This document shows, one piece after another, positions 25,090 to 32,000 of a stretch of DNA of 32,000 nt; position 1 is the first letter of the stretch; every line of letters starts with the position of its first letter. The position numbers and the translations under genes are program-made. Origin of the DNA: Erysipelotrichaceae bacterium (GTDB lineage Bacteria; Bacillota_I; Bacilli_A; Erysipelotrichales; Erysipelotrichaceae). Where the stretch lies: positions 90,001 to 122,000 of the forward strand of contig JAUVVC010000001.1 in assembly GCA_030604855.1 (NCBI GenBank), given 5' to 3'. The notes below the pieces were generated by a model that saw nothing but the letters and a program-made list of their open reading frames with translations, had not been told where the DNA came from and did not search any database.

Positions 25090-25717
25090 ACAGTTAAGGC
25101 TTCCTTTGATGCTTGCCATGACACTTATCATTCTAGACTTAGGTTTAAGCATGGCGTTACAGAATCGTTTCCCGATTCCGCTGACAGACATGGATTGGTT
25201 GAATGAACTGAACAAGCATCCCTTTGTCTTTCTTTATCATTTGGATGCCTTGAATCTGATCATTGCTTGGGTGTTTGCGATTTTCTTCGTTCAATTGAAG
25301 CGAATGAATCCACGTTATGATTCACTTTTCATCTTATATGGTGTTGGCTTGATCTTGATGACCATGATGAATCGAGCCTTCATCGTATGGATCTTGTCTC
25401 AATACACGACAATTCAAGAGGCATCCCTTCTCACACTGATTCACCAAGGGCATCATGACGCCTGGTGGACATTGCTGGGTTTCCTGCTTCAAAACATCAG
25501 TTTTCTCACTCTTGCTTGTTATCTTGTTCAAAATAAAACAAGCCGGATGTTGGGTATCCTGGCTTGTCTTGGCTTCAGTGTATTAAGTGTATATCTTGTT
25601 TTGATTCGATTCATCACACTTTCCCCAGGGATGATGGGTCTTGCGGCCGTGGGTGGAATCCTTGCCTTGATTTTCTATGGTGGCTTGATCAAACACCTTC
25701 AAAGTCATTCAATCTAA
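25082..25717 (+). CDS. Polytopic membrane protein of unknown function (5-6 TM)
   Basis: ATG 25082 overlaps the FMN_bind stop by 8 nt. Hydrophobic helices throughout. No motif I recognise. Confidence 0.6.
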   Translation: MNRQLRLPLMLAMTLIILDLGLSMALQNRFPIPLTDMDWLNELNKHPFVFLYHLDALNLIIAWVFAIFFVQLKRMNPRYDSLFILYGVGLILMTMMNRAFIVWILSQYTTIQEASLLTLIHQGHHDAWWTLLGFLLQNISFLTLACYLVQNKTSRMLGILACLGFSVLSVYLVLIRFITLSPGMMGLAAVGGILALIFYGGLIKHLQSHSI

Positions 25718-26819
25718 GATTGCGATCAAAGATCTTCCGGATCGACTCAAACTCTTGCACGAAGGCATGGACGACATCGGGATCGAATTGTGTGCCACTG
25801 TTTTCTTTGATGTAGACATAGGTCTTCTCGATGCTCCAAGCATCTTTGTAGACCTTTTTGTTTGTCAAGGCATCAAAGACATCGACCAAAGCCATGATGC
25901 GAGCAGATAACGGAATCTGATTGCCTTTCAAGCCTTCAGGATAGCCGTTGCCATCCCAGCGTTCGTGGTGATACTTTGCAATATTCAAAGCTTCACGGAA
26001 GAATTCCAACGATTCACTGTTCATCGCAGAAACCATCAAACGATCGAACAACGATGGTTCGATCGCACTCCGAATCGAATCATAACCGAGGGTCGTATGC
26101 GTTTTGATCAAAGTGAACTCATCCACCGTCAGTTTATCTTTCTTTAAAAGGATGGCTTCTGGGATGCCCAACTTACCGATGTCATGCAAGGGGCAGGCTT
26201 TGACCGTACGGATGATGTATTTCTCATCGATCAGTCGACTGTATTTGGGATGTGTTTGAAGCTTTCTAAGAATCAACTCATAATAACGTTTCAATTTTGT
26301 GAGCTTTTGACCCGTCAATTCCTCACGTGTCGCCACCAGGTTCGAGACGATGTCCAAGGAAAGATCCAAGCTCAACTGCAGATCATAAAGTCGCTTGTTC
26401 AAACTGGATTCCAACCATTGTTCCTGATTTGAGACAAAATCTTTAAGTCGTTTGTGTTCACTGTAATGTTTGTAGAGTGCAAGCAAACGGGTGTTGCGCA
26501 AGGGTTTGATCAAAATGTCACTCACCCCTTTGGCATAGAAAAGGGCTTCATCCCGCAATTGATCCTGTGTGATAAGCATTAAGATGGGTAGATGAACGTA
26601 ACGTTCATCATTGCGTATCCATTCCACGGCTTCAAGTGTCAGTGCGTTTTGAGCACATAAAAACAAGACATCGACCTTTGGCCCCGTTTTGAGATGATTC
26701 AAACACTCCGTACTGGTTCTAAAATGGGTGATGTTCGCATTGTTTTGTAGGTTTTGAGCGATGGTATGGAATTGCTCGATGTCGTGTTCGACGATAATGA
26801 CTTCATTGTGTTCAATCAT
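25689..26819 (-). CDS. HD-GYP c-di-GMP phosphodiesterase with N-terminal pseudo-receiver domain
   Basis: HDIGKLGIP and HHERWDGNGYPEGLKG are the HD-GYP signatures. The N-terminal about 120 aa have a receiver-like fold (LIT, IKPL), but Cys55 (26657-26655) sits where the phospho-accepting Asp is expected (VDVLFLCAQ). Confidence 0.85.
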   Translation of the reverse strand: MIEHNEVIIVEHDIEQFHTIAQNLQNNANITHFRTSTECLNHLKTGPKVDVLFLCAQNALTLEAVEWIRNDERYVHLPILMLITQDQLRDEALFYAKGVSDILIKPLRNTRLLALYKHYSEHKRLKDFVSNQEQWLESSLNKRLYDLQLSLDLSLDIVSNLVATREELTGQKLTKLKRYYELILRKLQTHPKYSRLIDEKYIIRTVKACPLHDIGKLGIPEAILLKKDKLTVDEFTLIKTHTTLGYDSIRSAIEPSLFDRLMVSAMNSESLEFFREALNIAKYHHERWDGNGYPEGLKGNQIPLSARIMALVDVFDALTNKKVYKDAWSIEKTYVYIKENSGTQFDPDVVHAFVQEFESIRKIFDRNLRLNDFEGV

Positions 26820-26955
26820 ATAAACCTCATTTAATTTAGTTTATGCTTTTATTGAACTAAAAACAATATGATACATAATGTTTATGCTTATGTATTAACG
26901 ATAATCCTTTGTTGAAATTTAATCAAAACTGTTTTAAAGTAGTGTCACTTAAACT

Positions 26956-28644
26956 ATGCAACGCTCAAACATCGCCTTCTTCACCCTTATTCTATTTGCA
27001 CTCTCCATGGCTTTTTGGTTGAATGCGAATGACCCTCAAGATGAACAATTTTTAAGTGCGCAAAAAGGGCAATTGGAAATTTCTGATTTTCAAATGGAAG
27101 AGCGTTATCGTTTGCAAGGCGAGTGGGTGTTCCACCCGAATCGTTTCGTTCAAACGGATGGGATCACTTCTTTCACGTATCTAGAATCCAATCAAGATTG
27201 GTCAAAGGTTCTTGGCTCCCAACAAGGTTATGGTTCCTATGTCCTTCATTTGACTAAGTTGGATCCAAACATCATTTATGGCTTATTGTTGGAAGAGGCA
27301 GGGAATTCCCATCGTGTTTATGTCAATGATGATTTGGTGATGGAGAATGGTAAGATTGCCAAAAATGCACTGATTTATAAAGCTGCCACCTATACGACAA
27401 AGACGGCTTTTGTCAGCGATGCACAAGGGGAAGCACGCATCGTGATTGAGATTGCGAATTTTGATGGCATCCAAGGTGGTTTGATCAAAGCACCTTTATT
27501 GGGTACGATAAATGCCATTGACTATGTTTATGAGCTTACACTCATGACCGAAGTCTTCATTTTCGCCAGTTTGGTGGCGCTTGCTTTTATTTTCTTGTTT
27601 CTTCATTTTATTGTGAACGATGTGCGTTCTTTATACATGGCGATTCTAAGTGCCTTGGTGGCCTTGCGGATTGCGACCACGGGGACACACTTCATCTATA
27701 TGGCATTGCCTTATTTTGATCTTCCTTTGATGTGGATCATCCGCATGGAGTATCTCAGTGTGTTTTTGATGTTGCCAGTGATGTTGCTGCTGTTGGGGAC
27801 ATTTGATGCTTTCCCATACTCTAAAACCGTAACCAAGCTGATCTATGCACCGATCATTCTTGCGCCGTTGATCGTCACATTCGCAACTGAAGGCATGCTC
27901 TCAGCAATCTTCCAAGCCTTTCAAGTCGTATTGATCATCAGTGCACTCTATCTTATTTATCTGATTTTTCAGGCGTATCGCAATCAAAAAGTTAAGTTGG
28001 CTCGCATGATCGTCATTGCGGTGATGATTTTGACTGCGATTCTATTCAATCGCATGTATAACGAAAAAACAAACATCACGTATTTCTTGTTGTATCTCTT
28101 TATCCTCTTCGTAGGCACAACAGTCTTACGACGCTTCTCCCTGATTCGATCTCACAGTGAACGACTGGCCTCAACGGTCAAGATCGATCCACTCACAGGT
28201 CTATTCAATCGAGGTCATCTCGATCAACTCTTGACCGATTCTTCTGCATTCGACGCCCAACAACACTACGCCGTCATCTTTTTAGACATGAACAACTTCA
28301 AAGAAATCAACGATGAGTATGGTCATGAAATCGGAGACCAAGTCTTACGCATCAGTGCGAAACGATTAAGAAACAGTTGTCATGAATCCGATCGGATCTT
28401 CCGCTTCGGTGGTGATGAGTTTGTCATCATTGCGCGTTTAAAAGAAGAAATGGATGTTAAAAAAGTGATCAAACGCATCCGGGACAACTTCATGGAACCC
28501 ATTGCACTCAATCACCTTTATTTGAAAATCAGTGTCGCGATCGGATACACACCGTATGATCCAAGTGTTGACGACTTGAAGGAAGTCATCACAAACAGCG
28601 ACATGCGGATGTATGAAGATAAACGTAAGCATAAGAAGACTTAA
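26956..28644 (+). CDS. 7TMR-DISM-type sensor diguanylate cyclase (extracellular domain, 7 TM, canonical GGDEF)
   Basis: Signal/TM helix, about 190-aa extracytoplasmic domain, seven hydrophobic helices, then LTGLFNRGHL, DMNNFKEINDEYGHEIGDQVL and RFGGDEF (GGDEF at 28408-28422). Confidence 0.85.
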   Translation: MQRSNIAFFTLILFALSMAFWLNANDPQDEQFLSAQKGQLEISDFQMEERYRLQGEWVFHPNRFVQTDGITSFTYLESNQDWSKVLGSQQGYGSYVLHLTKLDPNIIYGLLLEEAGNSHRVYVNDDLVMENGKIAKNALIYKAATYTTKTAFVSDAQGEARIVIEIANFDGIQGGLIKAPLLGTINAIDYVYELTLMTEVFIFASLVALAFIFLFLHFIVNDVRSLYMAILSALVALRIATTGTHFIYMALPYFDLPLMWIIRMEYLSVFLMLPVMLLLLGTFDAFPYSKTVTKLIYAPIILAPLIVTFATEGMLSAIFQAFQVVLIISALYLIYLIFQAYRNQKVKLARMIVIAVMILTAILFNRMYNEKTNITYFLLYLFILFVGTTVLRRFSLIRSHSERLASTVKIDPLTGLFNRGHLDQLLTDSSAFDAQQHYAVIFLDMNNFKEINDEYGHEIGDQVLRISAKRLRNSCHESDRIFRFGGDEFVIIARLKEEMDVKKVIKRIRDNFMEPIALNHLYLKISVAIGYTPYDPSVDDLKEVITNSDMRMYEDKRKHKKT

Positions 28645-28674
28645 GTAAACATCTTCGTAGTGCGACTATGATCT

Positions 28675-28956
28675 TTAAACTAATTCTTTGTATAAAACAT
28701 CCTCGTAGTCGGGGTGTTTTTTAAACTCTGCTTGTGCGTATTCACATTCAACGGCCAATTGAAACTTCTCATTGCGTGCGACTTCCACAGCATATTTGAC
28801 CAAGGCACGTCCAACACCTTGTCCGGCTAAACTCGCATCCACTTCTGTGTGTTCCAAAACCATGCCAAAGTCGGTATTGCGAAAGACCAAACGAGCCAAT
28901 GAGTTCGTGTAATCGTCTCCGATGTAGAAAGCCTGTTCGTTTTGTTTGATTTCCAT
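28675..28956 (-). CDS. Small GNAT-like N-acetyltransferase (YjdJ-type, ~93 aa)
   Basis: LEHTEVDASLAGQGVGRALVKYAVEVARNEKFQLAVECEYA matches the short single-domain GNAT (acetyl-CoA Q/RxxGxG/A motif QGVGRA). AGAGG SD. Confidence 0.7.
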   Translation of the reverse strand: MEIKQNEQAFYIGDDYTNSLARLVFRNTDFGMVLEHTEVDASLAGQGVGRALVKYAVEVARNEKFQLAVECEYAQAEFKKHPDYEDVLYKELV

Positions 28957-29045
28957 GTTTGTACCTCTTGACCATTATACATAAAAAGGCCATGAATTTT
29001 AAATCGAATGCATTTTATGGCATAATAATCACAAAGAGGATGACC

Positions 29046-29657
29046 ATGAAACGCTACACCACACTGATTTTTGACTTAGGCAACGTCTTGATTGATTTCT
29101 CACCATACTCCATCGTATCTTCGTATACCAACGATGTGCATACGATTCAGACCTTGGTGTGTGAGATCTTTCTAAAACAAGAATGGTTGGATTTGGACCA
29201 AGGCATCATGACGCTTCGTGAAGCTAAAGAACGTATACTTCAACGCTTGGACGCTACGCTTCATGTGCTGGCTTTGGACATCTTGGATACATGGTACAAT
29301 CATTTGACGGAACGTCCTTATTTTCCGGATCTGCTTAAAGAACTCAAAGCCATGGGGTATCGATTGGTATTGTTTTCCAATGCGGCACTGTGTTTTCACG
29401 ATTATCAAAACCGTATCCAAGCGCTTCATTACTTCGATCACAAAATCATCTCAGCGGATTTGAACTTATCCAAGCCCGATCCAGCGTTCTATCAAGTCGC
29501 ATGTGAGAAAGCGGGGATCGATCCATCCACCGCATTCTTCATCGATGATTCGATGGCAAACATCCAAGCTGCTCAAGCGTTTGGGATCGATTCCTTTTGG
29601 TATAATGGCAACTTCGATCGTTTAGTGGACTACTTCGCAAAAATAAATATCTTTTAA
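29046..29657 (+). CDS. HAD-IA family phosphatase, YihX-like
   Basis: LIFDLGNVLIDF (compare E. coli YihX FDLGNVIVDIDF), SNA, and FFIDDSMANIQAAQAFGI...DYFAKI, which parallels the YihX C-terminus. AAGAGG SD 6 nt before ATG 29046. The upstream part of the listed ORF is rejected. Confidence 0.8.
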   Translation: MKRYTTLIFDLGNVLIDFSPYSIVSSYTNDVHTIQTLVCEIFLKQEWLDLDQGIMTLREAKERILQRLDATLHVLALDILDTWYNHLTERPYFPDLLKELKAMGYRLVLFSNAALCFHDYQNRIQALHYFDHKIISADLNLSKPDPAFYQVACEKAGIDPSTAFFIDDSMANIQAAQAFGIDSFWYNGNFDRLVDYFAKINIF

Positions 29658-29662
29658 TGCAA

Positions 29663-29679
29663 ATGCAAATCATTTGCAT
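29663..29679. promoter_or_regulatory. Perfect 8-1-8 palindrome ATGCAAAT-C-ATTTGCAT; candidate metalloregulator operator overlapping the znuA -35
   Basis: Palindrome read directly. It overlaps the putative promoter TTTGCA (29673-29678), 18-nt spacer, TACACT (29697-29702), 47 nt upstream of the zinc-transporter start. Confidence 0.45.
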
Positions 29680-29725
29680 ATTCTTCAGACTTCAATTACA
29701 CTAACACTGTAATAGGAGTCTTTTT

Positions 29726-30646
29726 ATGTTCAAACGTGTAACTGTTTTAGTGCTTATTTTAGGTTTATTTGCAGCATGTCAAGCTGAAGTTCAAGTCATA
29801 GACAAACCAAAGATCATGGTCAGTCTTTTCCCACAATACGATATCATTCGCCAGATTGCGCAAGATAAAGTGGATGTGGAGTTCTTTTTACCAGCAGGGG
29901 TCGAACCCCACAATTATGAACCGAGTGCATCAACCTTGATGCGGATCGTAGAAGCGGATCTTTTGGTCTATACCAGTGAGGGTTTGGAACCCTGGGTGAA
30001 ACGCTTGGTTGAAGGCAATGCCTTGGAAGGTTTGGTCCTATTGGATGCGTCTCAAGGCATCAGCTTGATTGAAGCCGATCATGAACATGAGGATGATGAA
30101 GAGGAAGAAGCAGAATTCGATCCCCATTATTGGTTGGATCCTTTGAATATGATCATCATGAGTGAATCCATTTTGAATGCACTCATTGAAATCGATCCAG
30201 AGAACGAAGTTTTCTATACCACCAATGCGGAAGCATACATCGCTTCATTGAATGATTTGGATGCGTCTTGGAAGGATCTGTTTGAGCGCTCTGCGTTGAA
30301 CCAAATCATCTATGGAGGTCATTTTGCCTTTGGCTATCTCAGTCATCGTTTTGGTTTGGAGATCCTCTCCCCCTACAGTGGGTATGCGCCAGACGCAGAA
30401 CCCAGTGCTCAGGCTTTGGCAGGCTTGATGGATGTCTTGAAAGAAAAAGACATTCATGTGATCTTTTATGAAGAACTCATCGATCCACGGGTTGCCCGTA
30501 TCATTGCCGAACAAGCACAGGTTGAAATTGAAGTCTTACATGGCGCTCATAATCTCAGTGTGGAGGATATGCAGGCTGGATGGACATATATTTCCATCAT
30601 GGAAGATAACATCGCTAAGTTAAAGGAAGCCCTTCGTTATGAATAA
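29726..30646 (+). CDS. znuA: Zinc ABC transporter substrate-binding lipoprotein (ZnuA/AdcA/TroA cluster)
   Basis: Lipobox LGLFAAC. Metal-ligand context EPHNYEP, DPHYWLDP. His/Asp/Glu-rich loop DHEHEDDEEEEAE (30077-30115) is characteristic of Zn-specific members. Confidence 0.85.
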   Translation: MFKRVTVLVLILGLFAACQAEVQVIDKPKIMVSLFPQYDIIRQIAQDKVDVEFFLPAGVEPHNYEPSASTLMRIVEADLLVYTSEGLEPWVKRLVEGNALEGLVLLDASQGISLIEADHEHEDDEEEEAEFDPHYWLDPLNMIIMSESILNALIEIDPENEVFYTTNAEAYIASLNDLDASWKDLFERSALNQIIYGGHFAFGYLSHRFGLEILSPYSGYAPDAEPSAQALAGLMDVLKEKDIHVIFYEELIDPRVARIIAEQAQVEIEVLHGAHNLSVEDMQAGWTYISIMEDNIAKLKEALRYE

Positions 30647-31385
30647 ACTCTTGGAAGTTCGCAATCTTTCTGTGAACTTTGGTCGTGTCAAGGCTTTGGA
30701 CGACATCAGTTTTCATGTGGAAGCGAATGATTATCTTGCGATTGTCGGACCCAACGGCTCCGGTAAGAGCAGTTTGATGAAGTGCATTTTGGGTTTGATT
30801 GAATCGTTTCAAGGATCATATGTGTATTGGGATGATTTGCAGCGTGAGGACATCGGTTATCTTCCGCAACGCTCACCCAATCAAGACAAGCATTTTCCAG
30901 CGACCGTTTATGAGATCATACAGACTGGTATCACCAACAAGAAGATCGATCGTAAAGCGATGCACAAAGCCATTGTGGAATTAAGTCGGAAATTGGGCAT
31001 TGAGGAACTTTTGAATCAAAAGATTGGAACCTTATCCGGTGGACAGTCCCAACGGGTCTTCTTGGCGCGGGCTTTGATTCATAAGCCGAAGCTTCTGATC
31101 ATGGATGAGCCGACCTCTGCTTTGGATCCTACGTTTCGGGATGAGTTTTATCAGCTCATCAAGCAGCTTCATGATGAAGAGGGGGTTGCGATCGTATTGA
31201 TCTCCCATGATTTGAGTTCAGTGAATCAATACGCAAAGAATCTTTTGTATCTCGATCAAAAAGTCGTCTACTTCGGATCGGTGCAGAACGTGTGCATGTC
31301 TGAAGCATTGATGCATCAAATAGGACCCCAAGCGACCGCAGCTTTGTGTCAGGTGGAAAACCATGAACATCACATCCATCTTTAG
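30639..31385 (+). CDS. znuC: Zinc/metal ABC transporter ATP-binding protein
   Basis: Walker A GPNGSGKSS, signature LSGGQSQR, Walker B LLIMDEPTSALD, H-loop SHD. The start overlaps the znuA stop by 8 nt. Confidence 0.9.
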   Translation: MNKLLEVRNLSVNFGRVKALDDISFHVEANDYLAIVGPNGSGKSSLMKCILGLIESFQGSYVYWDDLQREDIGYLPQRSPNQDKHFPATVYEIIQTGITNKKIDRKAMHKAIVELSRKLGIEELLNQKIGTLSGGQSQRVFLARALIHKPKLLIMDEPTSALDPTFRDEFYQLIKQLHDEEGVAIVLISHDLSSVNQYAKNLLYLDQKVVYFGSVQNVCMSEALMHQIGPQATAALCQVENHEHHIHL

Positions 31386-32000
31386 ACTCTTATCCTATGC
31401 CTTTGTACAAAGGGCATTGATCGTCGGTTTATTGATCGCCATCAGCAGTTCATTCCTGGGTATCTTTCTGGTCTTACGGAAGTACTCGATGATCGGCGAT
31501 GGTTTGGCGCATGTGAGTTTCGCAACGGTCGCCTTGGCTTTGGTTCTGAATCAATCGCCTTTGATCATCTCCATTCCCATCGTCAGTCTGGCTTCGTTGT
31601 TGATCTTGAAATTGAGTGAAGAGAATCGCATCGGAGGGGATGCGGCGATCGGTTTGATCGCTTCCACATCCTTGGCCATCGGGGTCTTCATCACATCAGT
31701 TTCCAATGGTTTCAGTGTCGATCTGAGCTCATATCTCTTTGGAAGCATTCTGATCATCGCCCAGAGTGATGTTTATCTTTCCCTGATTCTGACGGTCTTG
31801 ATCGTGAGCTTGGTCTTGGTCTTTTATCAGGATCTGTTTGCGATGACTTATGATTTGGATTACGCCAAGGTCAGTGGACGCAAAACAAAGCGTTTGAATC
31901 AATTACTTTCCATTTTAACCGCCATCACCATCGTCTTGGGCATCCGTGTCGTTGGGACGATGTTGATCTCGAGTTTGATCATCTTTCCCACCGTATCGGC
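31363..32000 (+). CDS. znuB: Zinc/metal ABC transporter permease (ABC-3 family), 3' end outside the window
   Basis: Not in the ORF track because no stop falls in the window. My translation from ATG 31363 gives MNITSIFRLLSYAFVQRALIVGLLIAISSSFLGIFLVLRKYSMIGDGLAHVSFATVALA...GGDAAIGLI, typical of ZnuB/AdcB. Overlaps znuC by 23 nt. Confidence 0.85.
   Translation, partial: MNITSIFRLLSYAFVQRALIVGLLIAISSSFLGIFLVLRKYSMIGDGLAHVSFATVALALVLNQSPLIISIPIVSLASLLILKLSEENRIGGDAAIGLIASTSLAIGVFITSVSNGFSVDLSSYLFGSILIIAQSDVYLSLILTVLIVSLVLVFYQDLFAMTYDLDYAKVSGRKTKRLNQLLSILTAITIVLGIRVVGTMLISSLIIFPTVS

Noticed and set aside
28959-29045. 29-codon N-terminal extension of the HAD phosphatase ORF
   Set aside because: The HAD motif I (FDLGNV) must lie near the N-terminus, as in YihX. 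The AAGAGG SD precedes ATG 29046, and the extension would cover the divergent promoter region.
1-32000. CRISPR arrays, tRNA/rRNA genes, prophage or defence-system gene sets
   Set aside because: I saw no regularly spaced direct repeats, no cloverleaf-like or rRNA-like segments, and no ORFs with nuclease, methylase or phage-structural signatures. All sizeable intergenic regions are accounted for by promoters, terminators, the T-box or the IS.

Overview
This is a 32-kb chromosomal window from a low-GC monoderm bacterium. The Bacillota-like signals are a T-box leader, GGAGG-type Shine-Dalgarno sites, rho-independent terminators and an ISL3 element; TGA is used as a stop codon. I call about 31 protein-coding genes and saw no rRNA, tRNA or CRISPR array. 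The left 6.6 kb holds the 3' part of a Ca2+-type P-type ATPase (cut by the window edge), a LysM-G5-M23 peptidoglycan peptidase, a YbaN-like membrane protein and a gamma-carbonic-anhydrase-like protein. It also holds a Trp-specific T-box leader driving trpP, a cation:proton antiporter and a nitroreductase. The centre (6.7-16.6 kb) is a complete, secretin-less type IV pilus locus. It contains three minor pilins (one a 497-aa PilX-like protein), pilC-pilM-pilN-pilO, an inverted pilD, pilB-pilT and a separately promoted AT-rich major pilin gene pilA. A decayed ISL3 insertion sequence follows directly. The right part (18.3-32 kb) starts with a DEAD-box helicase, then a dense c-di-GMP signalling neighbourhood. 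That neighbourhood has two tandem degenerate-GGDEF/EAL proteins, a pseudo-receiver HD-GYP protein and a 7TMR-DISM diguanylate cyclase. A TetR / flavodoxin-like / FMN_bind (frameshifted) / membrane-protein operon is interleaved with these genes. The window ends with a small GNAT, a YihX-like HAD phosphatase and a znuA-C-B-type zinc ABC importer cut by the window edge. The most interesting hypothesis is that the pilus is under c-di-GMP control, because PilB starts with tandem MshEN-type c-di-GMP-binding motifs and four c-di-GMP turnover genes lie 3 kb away. Secondary leads are a terminator-containing leader in front of the antiporter, a uORF between the T-box terminator and trpP, a Cys-for-Asp pseudo-receiver and a poly-C frameshift. 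I see no unmistakably new system. All family calls come from motif recognition by eye, with no database search, and the lineage cannot be fixed from this window.
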